In this document: piece after piece, positions 13,420 through 27,487 of the stretch
How positions within the stretch are numbered: the first letter of the stretch is position 1
Layout: every line of letters begins with the position of its first letter
DNA from: Eledone cirrhosa
Taxonomy: Eukaryota
Length of the DNA stretch: 64,000 bases
NCBI GenBank assembly: GCA_964016885.1
Contig: OZ024746.1
Location: 43,958,001 to 44,022,000 of the forward strand
Direction: 5' to 3'
The notes under the pieces: generated by a model
The model's input: only the letters and a program-made list of their open reading frames with translations
Databases searched by the model: none
Told to the model about the DNA's origin: nothing
Made by a program: the position numbers and the translations under genes

Positions 13420-13609
13420 TACCATATATACTCAAACATAATCTGCCCCTTATTTTATGTCAGAGAAATGGGCAAACATTATTCACATATAATTTGAAGT
13501 TGGTGGAAATCGTCTAAATATTGACCCTGAATATAAGCCGACCACCTTTCCTTCCACCATCAATTTTTTGGTCACATATTCCTTGGCTTATATTCAACTA
13601 TATATGGTA
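13420..13609. mobile_element. Tc1/mariner-superfamily (pogo/Tc2-like) MITE
   Basis: Imperfect TIRs TACCATATATACTCAAACATAA ... TTATATTCAACTATATATGGTA, TA ends, internal TATAAGCCGAC. Confidence 0.65.
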
Positions 13610-14159
13610 CTTTAAAAAAAAAAAAGTTTTCAATACTTATTTTATTGATCTCATATACGAAAAATTGCAGGTTAATAATGTTTTCTGTATGTGTATGTAT
13701 GTGATCTGTATATATACCAGTCACTGTTCAGGGGCCAGTTCGTCTCATGGCCCTGGTCAATAGGATAAGTAGACATTGCCCAAGAAGATAGCAAGGGAGA
13801 CACACTGCAACAGTCTCTCCAACTCACACTTTTGGGTAACCAATTTCATCCTGATAGCAATGAGATGTGGTTTGTAGGCTAAGAACACCAAAAGTCTCCA
13901 CTGCTACATGCTCAAACATAAACCTATTGGAAAAAGGCTGATACTTTGACAGAATGGAAAAAATGATCTCTATCACTACATTCAATTATTTTGCACAATA
14001 TCTAAATTACCATAAGCCGATATCACTATGTGACCAAAGAAAAAAAAACATGGAAAAATGGAGTCAGCTTATATTTGGGGTCAATATTTTAGCAACTTTC
14101 ACAAACTTCAAAATTCTACGTAAATAAACTGCTAAAATATTTTCATTTTGAGGTGAATA

Positions 14160-15165
14160 TTCTGACATGGAAAGAAGTGCTTGGAAGGAATGCCAACCCT
14201 GATCTCACATACAAATGGAGAGGCCTTATTAGACGTCTGTACTAGCAATGGACTTTCTATTATAAACACCTTCTTCCAGCACAGAGATATCCATAAAGAT
14301 ACATGGTATAGGGGGAATCAGGGACAGAGATCAATAATTGATTTCATTATTGTCTCTGATCTCTTTAATTCTGTGCTGGATGTTCATGTTAAGAGAGTGG
14401 CTGAGCTGACAACTGATCACCATCTAGTTATCTACAACTTGAAACTACCTAAAGCCAATGAAGCCGACAAAACTGGCAGGTCCAGGGTGACCTAGAGGAT
14501 AAAGTGGGGAGTGTTGGTGGATAAAGAAGTCAGGACGAGATATGTAGATACTATTGCATAAAAATTTAGAGAACTCCCCGAGCAAACTGAGGACATTGAG
14601 GCAGAGTGGAGATTGTTAAGCTCTTAAATACTGTGAAAAAAAACAGGCTTTGTGTGGTGCTGGATGGCAGGAGGACCTCTTTGTTTAATAAAGAGGTCAA
14701 ACATGCACTCTAAGCAAAGAAAGAAGCTTACAAAGCTTGACTTGGAGATAAGTCCTCCTCATTGCACTTTCGGTATAATCAGGTATGTAGAATTGCAGCA
14801 GAGACAGTAAAGGCATCCAAAGTTAAGACATGGAAGGACTTTGTGGTTAAGCTAAAATCTGACTTCAGAATACAATTGTGAATACAAGCAGGCGAAATGG
14901 GGTTTCTCCAAAGAGTTTTTGGAGTAATATGACTTGATAGAGTGTGTAGTTCAGAGATCAGAGAGTCACTCCAGGTGGAGTTGCTACTTCTCTGAATTGA
15001 GAGATCACAGCTCTGATACTATGGACATGTGTTTAGAATGTCTCAGGAAAGAATCGCTGGACAGATTTTATGGGCAGAACCAACCAGCAGGAGACCCTGA
15101 TCAAGATGATTGGATAACATCCATAAGCTTTGCTAGTCTCGCTTGGGGATCCAGCTGGATTAGCT
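14160..15165 (+). mobile_element. Internally deleted RTE (Expander/REX3-like) LINE: APE endonuclease joined to 3' end
   Basis: NGEALLDVC..GLSIINTFFQHRDIHKDTW...SIIDFIIVS...TDHHLV (APE motifs); after ~14880 the sequence jumps to QAGEMGFLQRV..YYGHVFRM (C-terminus). Confidence 0.85.
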
Positions 15166-16021
15166 GTATAGTGTACATTCGTAAATACAGGATTTGTAGT
15201 AATGTTTTTTTTTTTGTCATATATAATATTTTTTAATGGGGGACAATTATTCAAGACCTGAGAGTATATGGTAATCCTTCCTTCAAACATGTATGATGAG
15301 TAATGACACAAATATATAAATCTTCCACATAGGTGCTATGGGGTAACTTTCACTTCTGAGCAATAAATTAGTATCCTCAATTTTGATCATATTCTGCCTT
15401 ATTTGTGGTAGCACTAGTGATGAAATGTGAAGTTGATGAGTGAGTAGCTTGTTGGTCAAATAATGGCAAGTAAGTGAAGCTGGTCTTAGTTAGTCGAGAG
15501 AGGCATATTCAAGGAAACATCAAGCTGTACTTGCTTGTTGTGGTGTGAAGTGATATTACCATGGGGAAGAAGATTTTCCCATATCACATGGATAAGCATA
15601 AACAAATGAAGACTACACTGCAAATTTAAATTTTTTTACTTGTAACATGATTTACTTTGAAATCATGTGCTGCAATGAATAATGGAAAAAGAATATATAG
15701 TTGTAGTGTGTCATGTGTGCAAATATAATAATATTTAACTGACCTAACCTGTATTGGTAAAATTTTCTCAGCTAATGTCAACCCCAGCAAGGCTGGCTAG
15801 CGAGTGTGTGTACTGTATATGTCGCTACATTACAAGCCGGATGAAATAAGTGATCCCTCTTTTGCCAAATAAGGAAGCAGGCTGATTTTTCCAAAGCAAA
15901 ATGTATTTATTGTTCTTCCTGCATACAACTGAATCCTATTTTGGTGGTTGTGTGTGGCAGACTAAGAAAAACCCTTGTGGGAAAATGTGTCGAAAATTTG
16001 CTACATACACAAACACATGTA

Positions 16022-16093
<72 letters not shown>

Positions 16094-16599
16094 ATAATGT
16101 TATATTGGACAGCTATATATCTTTCAACCATCATATCACTAATGATCAGTCACCTATATTTGGCACAGTGAACAAAATTAGAATATTAATCGACTAAGTT
16201 AAAAGAACTAGGTAGGTTCAAAATGCCATGAGAACGGAAGAAACAGTTTAATTCCTTCTAATATAAATTATTATAGTTTTATTTTATGAAACATTTTTAA
16301 AATGTTTGAATTTATCCTTTTAAGATTAATGATGATATCGGTTTTTGATAAATTATTCAGCACAGTATGCATCTCTTTATGACAATTATATAAAACAATA
16401 AAATGATAATAAAATATTTTACACATTAATTCTATTGTCAATTTATTTATGAAACAATGTTCAAATTTTGCATATAATGTTTAGTATTTCTAGTTTCAGT
16501 ACTGACACTATACCACTAAAAATAAAGATTCATAATTATTATCAAAATAAATATTTTAACTTTTTAATGGTTTGGTCCTCTGAGAATAGTGAGATCAAT

Positions 16600-17220
16600 G
16601 TTGTTGAGGTTATTCTTCAGAAACCGCATATCAATAACATGTTCAGGGGAGGAATTCCAGAGAGATGTTATAATAGGGAAGAAAGACTAGGAATAATAGT
16701 TAGTGTGGGTCCTCGATTCTCAAGTTCATGGGAATAATAGCTGTGTATGGACGGTTAGAGAGAATTGAAAAGTGGTATCATCTGTATAAGAATGGCTGTT
16801 GTTGAAAGTGATAGAATCTAGATAGATCAGCAATGATAGATCATCAATCATAGTGGCACATCAGAGTTGATAGAATGTTGGTCAGAAAAAACTCCATCAG
16901 CAGAAACAGCAGGAAGCTTGCGATCAAAGTGAGGAGCCTATGAAGATTATAAGTAGGTAGTTCAGTTAAAAGATTTGCATGCAACACATGTTTAAATGCT
17001 TTGGTGATATCAAGTACAACAATATTACTATTGCTATATTACTCAGAAGTAAAGGCTTATTGGCAATGGATATAGGAAACCAGGTAGCTTTATGGAAGTG
17101 GTACTGGTGGTCTCTGAGGAGAGAGAAGAATTTAGAGTGTTGGAGAAAGTTAGTGTTAACAATTGTCTCTATGAAATTTGAGATGCTAGAACTAAGAGCA
17201 ACAGGTCAATAACTGGCAGG
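16600..17220 (-). mobile_element. Decayed CR1/L2-like LINE 3' region
   Basis: Minus strand near 16710-16630 gives TNYYS*SFFPIITSLWNSSPEHV, the SFFPRT..LWNSLP terminus. Confidence 0.55.
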
Positions 17221-18921
17221 AAATGGAATATCTTTATCTATTAAGACTATAAAATATTTGCTACTTTTTTTGAAGTTCAGCTTTTTACTAGTTATTTGAG
17301 TATTATTTAATACTCTTCAACTAGTTATGTTGTTAAAATATCAAATATTATTTGTTACACTCCAGAATGGCCAATTTTGTTTCAAAAGTAGAAAAAAAAA
17401 GATTGAAAGCAGAGTTGTGTTGTCCACATAGAGCATAGAATGAGTATAGTTCCGCAAGCTACAAGAGAGAGTACAGTTCCACAGGCCACGAGGGGGGGGG
17501 GGGGACAAGCAAATATATGAGAGAATTATAAAATATTAGAATAAGTGACAAGAATATTTGTTTATATATATATAAAGCGAAATAAAACCCATTTATTGAG
17601 TATTATTTATTTATTTGGCCAATACAGAAATCATTACTTAGCATGTAGATGGATACCAGGATTGGTGGAGCATCGAACAAATTACCAAGTAGTTAAGGCA
17701 GACCTAAACCCATGCTAGCGTGGAGATAGACGTTAAATGATGATGATGAATAACTTTTTTCGAGCAGTGCGCCACTTGAGGTATGGTTCATCATAAGATG
17801 GGCTACACTACTAAAATATTCAAGAAACATATTTGTTAGGCATACCTTGAAGACAGACTACATATTGCCAGAGTTGTTAAAACGTTAGATAGAATGCCCT
17901 AGAAACGCCATGTGTCAATGCGGCGCCGCTACAACTACCTTAGGAGTTATGGGAAAGAAGAAGACCATGCAGAAAACCCAAATGAGACATTTGGCTTTCC
18001 GCATGGTACGCATGTCTGAGTTAAGTATTCAATTTAAGCTCAAGTCCTTTGCGTGTCATACTTCTAAAGTGGATAATATAAGTACTAGTTAATAATACAG
18101 TAACCATATCTAAACATAAAATAAAATAATCACTAGGTTTAATCCTAGAATTAATGTAATTGACTAAGTCCTTGGTTATAAGTATCCCATGAAAGAAAGA
18201 GATACTGAAGACGTAAACACAACTATATCGAACTAGGAAGTGTAGTCGATCGACCTGCTAGAAATGGCAGCAAAATCTCTATCGAATCACATTCTACTGT
18301 CTCAAAAGATTTATTAAAAGTGTTCTTGGGTTGCCTGCACGTAGGAAAAAGACGAGATGGTCGTGTTTGGAATACATTTCATCATAGATCATTTCGACGA
18401 AGGCTGACCTGGGCTTACCAACAACAACAGTAACATTCGAGTGGTGAATAAAGGTGACCCTATGTAATCGTTCCACCTGCTAGAAATAGCAGTCAAATCT
18501 ACCTAAAATCACACCCTTCTCAAATTAGAAAAGGATAACGTAGGTGGTCGTTTAAAAGACAAGATGGATGGTCATCAATCAGGGCAAAACAACAAGTAAC
18601 CGCATTCTCTTTCCTAATACCCCTTCCCTTCGAAGCTAGAAGCTGCATTTTTTCATAAGCTGTCAGTGAATACGCTTAAGCTACACAAACGATTATACTT
18701 AACTTAATGTAGAATGAAGTAAAACAGTGCCAACAGTTTCTATTAAAAAATAAATAAAGAAACAGAAAGGAAAAAGATTTTGTTTATATAATTATTATTT
18801 GTTGAGTTTACACAGATTTTTATTTATTTATTTATTATATTCCCATTTATTGAGATTATTGCCAAAACTCATTCGTGTTTGACGATATCTTTCTCCTTTT
18901 ATGTGTGTGTAGCTATGTATG

Positions 18922-19038
<117 letters not shown>

Positions 19039-19249
19039 TAGCCTGAAGTCAGCCCTGACCGAGCAGAGCTATGATCAAGTTGTTTTGCAGGACAACACTG
19101 CGGTATTCAATATGTCGCTTTTCAAGACATGCTGTTTGAGGGAAACTAAACTGTTATTTCTAATAAGTCTAGCGACAATAAAAAGGCTTTCACGCCGTCG
19201 ATTATTTTTGTGATAATGATGATATATACATGTAACATAATTCCGTTAT

Positions 19250-20960
19250 GTTGTTAGATGGTGCACCCCACAAATACTTTTGATGTTGAAACTAAAAGCT
19301 CTTCTCTATGTAACATAACTCTTTTTGTCTATCAGGTTTGTCTCAACCGCAGACCTGTCAACTCTCTCCGCCGGACGAAGAGACCTCCCACCCACTTTAA
19401 GCATTTATATTTGCTTCCGTATTTTGAACACGAGAGGATCTCCATTATCATTGGAGACCTCTAGCATTTGTCACCCCCGTGTAGAAATCTCTTGCTATGG
19501 AACAACTACACAATAGTCAAATATATCAAAGAAAATTGTTTGCACTACAACCTCCTGGGGATTTCGATTTATTTTCCACCTATCGCCTCCTTATACGCAA
19601 ACCACACGTCTATCTTATTTCTTTCTCAGATACAAGACTCCTATTTACCTCTAACCCATTTCTGCTGTCCATATTAAACTACATTCCAACCTTAAACACA
19701 AGGTGATTAATTCACCTGGCTATCAGTAACAAAGATTCTCATTTGTTCTCACCCCTTTAAGTTTATCACCTTGCATTGATTACATCTATATCATATTCCT
19801 TCTCGGTACATTTAAATAATAAATCCCTTCTAGGCTGTTGCGTTCCTCCCACGTCAAAGCTGCCTAACCTAGAGGAATAATCATTTGCAATTCTAAACTA
19901 TCTGTACGAGTTCCTTTAATCACTTATTCCTGACCGATATATCCAATTATTTTGTATTACCCACTCCTATATAAATGATACTACATTTCTGTCTTGGAAT
20001 TCTGCACAGACATGTTATCCATGCACACTGCACTCTCTCTATACACGAAAAGCACCCTTAAAACCATGTCACTATAGATGATAGGCCTTAACAATCTCTC
20101 GTGGTCATCTATATATAACACTTGCTATATCTGCATCCCAATGTCCAGTCCTCTTCACAAGAGCCATAAAACACGTTAGTATGAATTGTTGCTGACCTGT
20201 TATATGATTGATTGAAAAAGTAACTTAACACGCTACGGTTACTAGTTTACAGAAGCACTGCTCCTCATTTCCCCGTGTGCCAAATACGTTTCCCGCTATT
20301 TCTTCTTCACATTTGAAGCTTCTTTCGTCCAGTGTTTTCTTTGCATATATCTACTGATATACGTTCAAACAGAACATCGACTGTCAGCATGAATCAAAGG
20401 TACTATTATGTGTTTGACTAAATTAAATAATAAAATAAAAAAACCCACTCTCAATGTTGTCACAAAATTTTGTCCATATAACATCTAATAATCTGTCATT
20501 GATACACGGAAAACAATAAATCGCATTCGAAACACTAACGTTTTCTCATCAGAACCAGAATATATTTAATCCTTAATCAGTCTACAAAGCTAAAGTGCAA
20601 CTCATATTGGAGTACTGTTGATATATCTGAGGGCAGTGTTGCTACTGCATATTCAAACATCTTCAACAGCATTGTAAAAAGAATCAGTCGGTTTATTTGC
20701 AACGATTCCCTTACACACTATAAGCACTAGCTTATAGACTTCTTGTTTATACTATCTGTTCCACTGAACCAGCTCGCTGTATATCACCACTCCCTAAATC
20801 AATCTAAACCGCCAGTTCCTCTTCCTGTTGCCATCTGTATTTTATCTCAACTACCTCCCACACTCTGCACTGTTAAACACTATTTTTTCCCCTTCCTCTA
20901 CCTAAATGTAATCTTCGGAATTCACCCGCCACCACACCGATTTCATTAATATTGAAGAGC
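19250..20960 (+). mobile_element. Highly decayed CR1/L2/Jockey-group LINE
   Basis: IIIGDL (APE motif) at ~19445; YKAKVQLILEYC*YI*G at ~20582 (LYK..IRP.LEYC..IW motif); HY..FFP near 20880. Confidence 0.55.
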
Positions 20961-21109
20961 CTTCAAAAGTCCTCTAATTAATTAATTAAAATTATCCATA
21001 AGGTTATTTAGTGTAAAACAAAAACGCGCAATGCAAGAGAGCAACGGTATGCTTTCACTATTTCTAAAACTTCTCCCATACTGTCGCTTTAACAAATTAA
21101 TTTTCTTTC

Positions 21110-21320
21110 AAGGATTGAATCGTTAAGACGTCGGACAAAATGCTTTGCGGTATTTCGTTACGACTTTCTACGTTCTGAGTTCAAAACCAGCCGAGGTCAA
21201 CTTTCCTTTCCTCCTTACAGGGTCGACAAAATAAAGCACCAGTAACCACTGGTGTCAATTTAATCGACTTACCCCTTTCCTTCAAATTGCTGGTCTTGTG
21301 CCAAATGTAGAAAGAATTAT
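21110..21320 (+). mobile_element. tRNA-derived SINE (family A-related)
   Basis: CTGAGTTCAAA..GCCGAGGTCAACTTTCCTTTCCTCCTTACAGGGTCGACAAAATAAAG. Confidence 0.85.
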
Positions 21321-21881
21321 ATATTGCGTAGTCTTCAAACAATACCATCTGCGAATATCAGTTCAATGTCATTGAGAAACAAAGCTATTACAGAAAAAAC
21401 TATCTAAAGATGGCAGCATAGAATTTTCCAGAATTACTTTTACTATACATTATTTATACTGTCACGAGACTACATACTTACTATGTTTCACCTTCACGTA
21501 CGATGACTCCAAAATGTCTGGGATGCAAAAGCGCATTTTCTTATTTGGGAACTCTGAAATAATCGAATTTAATTTTGATCTCTTGTTCTTGTATTTCAAG
21601 TCATCAACAAGTACTTCTGAAATTTATTTATGCTTATATTTAGCCATGGATATTTTCGAACATTGGTGAATGTTCTCTTTTGATATTATTTTAACATGTG
21701 TTTTACCCTTAGAAATGTACGACAGGATTGGTTGAGATATTGTAGATGAAGCATACTATTGATATATTGTATATAAGCGCGCGCGCGCACGCACGCACGC
21801 ACGCGCGCACGCACGCACACACACACACACACACATATATATATACACACATTTTATATATATATATATATACACATAATC

Positions 21882-21912
<31 letters not shown>

Positions 21913-21978
21913 TAATAGAATGAAACGAAATTTCATTTCTCACTCTTAGTACAGCACTTACTTAAATGTAAGTATGTA

Positions 21979-22280
21979 TGTAAACAAACAAACAGCCCAA
22001 ATGACGCCGTAGAGTGTTTAGGCAATCACGTCACCTCTTTGTTCAACACTGACACAGGAACGATGTACTAGTTTCAAGCTTATTAGCTATCGTCAGCATC
22101 GTATACCTTCCTGCCAGATGGTTGAACGTCTGAAAGTATATACTTTCCTTATGCATATTAACGGCTGAGCAGCTAATAAGCTTGAAACTAGTACATCGTT
22201 CCTGTGACAGTGTTGAACAAAAAGGTGACGTGATTGGCTAAACACTGTACGGCGTAATTTGGACTGTTTGTTTGTTTACA
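21979..22280. repeat. 110-bp inverted repeat, Penelope pLTR-like
   Basis: Arms 21979-22088 and 22171-22280, 6 mismatches by eye, 82-bp spacer; overlaps a hammerhead motif. Confidence 0.9.
22060..22102 (-). ncRNA. Minimal type I hammerhead ribozyme motif
   Basis: ACGATG-CTGACGA-TAGCT AATA AGCTT-GAAA-CTAG-TA-CATCGT; palindromic stem III ACTAGT, GUA triplet. Confidence 0.8.
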
Positions 22281-22426
22281 AACAAACAAACCGAGCATTA
22301 TAATAAATGTTTAGTAAACCGATACGTGCATATATATATGTGTGCATGTGTGTATATATATACATACTACTGTATACATATATGTATGTACGTATACATA
22401 CATACTTACATTTATATAAATATATA

Positions 22427-22650
22427 TACGCACATAATCATATATATATATATATATATACGGACATAATCATATATATATACGCACATAATCATATATA
22501 TATACGCACATAATCATATATATATATACGCACATAATCATATATATATATACGCACATAATCATATATACGCACATAATCATATATACGCACATAATCA
22601 TATATACGCACATAATCATATATACGCACATAATCATATATACGCACATA

Positions 22651-22685
<35 letters not shown>

Positions 22686-22726
22686 GCACATAATCATATA
22701 TATATATATATATATATACGCACATA

Positions 22727-22771
<45 letters not shown>

Positions 22772-22996
22772 GCACATAATCATATATATATATATATACG
22801 CACATAATCATATATATATATATATATATACGCACATAATCATATATATATATATATATGCACATAATCATATATATATATATATACGCACATAATCATA
22901 TATATATATATATACGCACATAATCATATATATATATATATATATATATACGCACATAATCATATATATATATATATATATATATATACGCACATA

Positions 22997-23028
<32 letters not shown>

Positions 23029-23036
23029 CGCACATA

Positions 23037-23068
<32 letters not shown>

Positions 23069-23076
23069 CGCACATA

Positions 23077-23111
<35 letters not shown>

Positions 23112-23118
23112 GCACATA

Positions 23119-23155
<37 letters not shown>

Positions 23156-23162
23156 GCACATA

Positions 23163-23199
<37 letters not shown>

Positions 23200-23240
23200 G
23201 CACATAATCATATATATATATATATATATATACGCACATA

Positions 23241-23272
<32 letters not shown>

Positions 23273-23402
23273 CGCACATAATCATATATATATATATATA
23301 TATATATATACGCACATAATCATATATATATATATATACGCACATAATCATATATATATATATATACGCACATAATCATATATATATATATATACGCACA
23401 TA

Positions 23403-23438
<36 letters not shown>

Positions 23439-23440
23439 TA

Positions 23441-23480
<40 letters not shown>

Positions 23481-23482
23481 TA

Positions 23483-23520
<38 letters not shown>

Positions 23521-23522
23521 TA

Positions 23523-23558
<36 letters not shown>

Positions 23559-23560
23559 TA

Positions 23561-23597
<37 letters not shown>

Positions 23598-24442
23598 GCA
23601 CATAATCATATATATATATATATATATATACGCACATAATCATATATATATATATACACACATAATCATATATATATACACACAATCATATATATATATA
23701 TACACACATAATCATATATATATATATACACACATAATCATATATATATATATACACACATAATCATATATATATATATACACACATAATCATATATATA
23801 TATGTATACACACATAATCATATATATATATGTATACACACATAATCATATATATATATATACGCACATAATCATATATATATACGCACATAATCATATA
23901 TATATACGCACATAATCATATATATATATATATATACGCACATAATCATATATATATACGCACATAATCATATATATATATGCACATAATCATATATATA
24001 TATGCACATAATCATATATATATATATATATGCACATAATCATATATATATATATATATGCACATAATCATATATATATATATATGCACATAATCATATA
24101 TATATATATATGCACATAATCATATATATATATATATATGCACATAATCATATATATATATATGCACATAATCATATATATATATATATGCACATAATCA
24201 TATATATATATATATATATGCACATAATCATATATATATATATATGCACATAATCATATATATATATATATATGCACATAATCATATATATATATATATA
24301 TGCACATAATCATATATATATATATATGCACATAATCATATATATATATATATATATGCACATAATCATATATATATATATATGCACATAATCATATATA
24401 TATATATATGCACATAATCATATATATATATATATATATATA
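22427..24442. repeat. Compound minisatellite [GCACATAATCA(TA)n]
   Basis: Dozens of units with variable TA tract; variants CGCAC-, CACAC- and TGCAC- occur in blocks. Confidence 0.95.
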
Positions 24443-24491
24443 TTAGTATTATTCTTTTCAAATATGTCACTGTGAGAGATCATTATTTTTC

Positions 24492-24672
24492 TTGGCAGTA
24501 TCGGTAGAGAGTCAGACGCTATGCTTTGACGCATAGAGTTACGGCCCTTGCCATTCTGAGTTCAAATCCCGTCGAGATTAACTTTGCCTTTCATCCTAAC
24601 GGGAGTCGATAAAATAAAGTACCAGTAATACACTGGAATAATTGCTGGCCTTGTGCCTATTGTAGAAACAAT
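24492..24672 (+). mobile_element. tRNA-derived SINE (family A)
   Basis: Family A sequence; probable TSD ATTATTTTT(T)CT. Confidence 0.9.
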
Positions 24673-24702
24673 TATTTTTCTAATATTTCCTCCTCGATAT
24701 AA

Positions 24703-24881
24703 TTGTTTCTAGTTTTGGCACAAGGCCAGCTATTACCCAGTGTATTACTGGTACTTTATTTTATCAACCCCATAAGGATGAAAGACAAAGTTAACCTCGG
24801 TGGGATTTGAACTCAGAATGGCAAGGGCCGTAACTCTATACGTCAAAGCATGGCGTCCGACCCTCTACCGTTATTGCCAAT
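24703..24881 (-). mobile_element. tRNA-derived SINE (family A) with TSD
   Basis: Reverse-complement copy flanked by TCCTCCTCGATATAAT at 24688 and 24881. Confidence 0.9.
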
Positions 24882-25286
24882 CCTCCTCGATATAATGTAT
24901 TGCGGCAGTGATAGGAGTCAACACGATGTCAATGTTTTTATTTTAGTGCAACAGGTTGGCAATAAATTCAATGACTGCATGGATTCGTTTGTAGATATCT
25001 TAAATACAGATACAGCTTGTCTATTCTAAATATCTCAGGACGTAGACATTAAATTCAGCTTTTGCCTTTCATCCCAATAGCCTAGATTCGATTTTGAAGA
25101 CTTATAGGGATCGTCCACATATCACAGATATACAAACAGCTTGACACAACAGGGCAGCATAGGATTTTCATATAAGGATTGAGAACATCTTGGTTTCAAC
25201 CTCGTCAATGCTGCCATTGTGCGAGTTAGCATTGAAAGTTTGAATATTAGAGCAGTTACTGTTACTTTCATTATTTCAAGGCGATT

Positions 25287-25380
25287 TTAACTTTGCCTTT
25301 CATCCTTACGGGGTCGATAAAATAAAGTACCAGTAATGTACTGGGTAAATGCTGGCCTTGTGCCTAAAATAGAAACAATT
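25287..25380 (+). mobile_element. 5'-truncated SINE (family A) with TSD
   Basis: 3' half only, flanked by TTATTTCAAGGCGATTT on both sides. Confidence 0.85.
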
Positions 25381-25629
25381 ATTTCAAGGCGATTTGTATA
25401 CAGCCTCAAGATTTTCACATTGATATTTCAGTATTCTTTTTGATGCTACTCGCTCACGCACGTGCGTCATGTATTGATGTTTTCTTTAGTAAACATTCAT
25501 TAAGGCAATTAAATGACAATACACAAGTGAGTACGTTAATTTGTAATATATAATACACTCACACACATTTATATATATTTATATATATAGGTGAACTATC
25601 TATCCCTGACTTCTGTTTTTATTGTTCAA

Positions 25630-25680
<51 letters not shown>

Positions 25681-27310
25681 TACTTGCTAATTATCTGATA
25701 TTTTCTATCAGATTTTGTATACACAAACTTCTCATGCATAGAATTCCCTTGCTTTCTGAAACCGCGATGTTTTGAATACGCAAAATAGGAACTCACCAAA
25801 TGTTTGTTCTATTTGGGACGTTTAAAGAACATATCTCAGAATTGCATTAATAAGCAAAACACATTAAAATTAATAGCTGCCGCTTTTCAGTGTCGTCAAC
25901 CTATCGTATTTGATTGCATCAAAATCTGATTTTTACAAAAGCAGATGCAATAAAAACAGGTATTAAATTTAGTAATAAATCAATAACAAACCAGACCGAG
26001 ACCTTTATACTGTAAAGAGAGTTTTGTGCAATATCCTTCTGCTATTGCTAGGTACATTGCTTTCGAAAAGTTAGGAAAAAAATTCACCAAGTGTGCATAT
26101 TCTTTGTTACTAATGTAAAGTTGAAATAGATAAAATAAAATAAAAAAATAATCTAATTTAGTATAGCTCTCGCATTCTACAATTTGTAACATACTTCTAA
26201 TCAAATTGCTATTTTCAATGCATCAATGGATCGATTTATTATAATTTTGCAAACAAAACATAATATTAGTTTCAGCGAAAGATTGAAATATATGAGAATT
26301 GAGCAGAATCATATTTGTGGAAGAGATTTATAATTCCTAATTAAACAAAAAAGAATTATTTTGCAAAATATTCTTCAATTCAGGTAGTTAGATTTGAATT
26401 AGGATACATATGCTCTGGGTAGAAGAATCTCAAAAATGATAAAGTCAATGCTAATCTTCCATGAAAAGATTTCTTCATCTGTACCAATGTACAATTTCAA
26501 TGAAATATACTGCCTATGATTTTCAATTAATTTTAAAAATAAAATGATTGCGGAATTTAATAATATCATTAACTTTCTAATTATTAAGCCGGTGTTTAAA
26601 ATATAACAGGAAAAATTCTTACATAAAATTATAAGAGTGTGTTTGAATTTAAACATGAACCCTTTAAAACAAACGATTTTTTTTCTACTTCTTTGAATCA
26701 GGGGTGTTTTCAGGTGAGTTGGTACCAAAAGAGTTAAACAGTAGCAGTTATACAAACAAATGGTATGTAATTTCGATAGAGGAAAATATATATTTCATAT
26801 AATAAATTTCATAACAGTTACCTTTGAATATTTCCAGTATTATTATTTTCTATTTCAAGTTTAGTATTACATAAAGATATTACATTTGAAGCCAATAGGA
26901 ATCTCCACGTTTAACTGATACATTCTAGTCAATTGATATTTCATCGCTGTGGGATGGATACAGTATAAAATACCCCCACCTAGTTGTTGGTGACTCGTAT
27001 TGGCTAACTATAAAATTGTGAGCGTATATGAAATACAATAGTTCACAATTATATCTAATACGAGATACAATAAACTGAGGCAAAGATATTTTTGTTCAAT
27101 GGAACAGCTTCTTTGAATATTCTAATTTGTGTTAAATAAGTTAAGAAATACGTAAAAGAGAAGACAAAATTATATACTGACCAACGAAAATATTTGACTT
27201 CAGTATGTGCAACGAACGAATATCATAGTCAACAACTCATAAAGAAAGGGACTATTACTTTCAATAACATGCAACTGCTACAGATCATATTACATTACAT
27301 TAATTACCTC

Positions 27311-27487
27311 GATTGGCAGTATTGGTAGAGGGTCAGACATGCTTTCCAGCGTAGTTACGTCCCTTTACGATCTGAGTTCAAATCCCGCCGAGGTTGACTT
27401 TGCCTTTCATCCTTACGGGGTCGATAAAATAAAGTACCAGTAATACACTGGGTAATTGCTGGCCTTGTGCCAAAAGTAGAAACAATT
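27311..27487 (+). mobile_element. tRNA-derived SINE (family A) with TSD
   Basis: Flanked by the duplicated TTAATTACCTCGA. Confidence 0.9.

Noticed and set aside
22427-24442. Repeat-spacer appearance resembling a CRISPR array
   Set aside because: Spacers are only (TA)n of varying length; eukaryotic context, no cas genes
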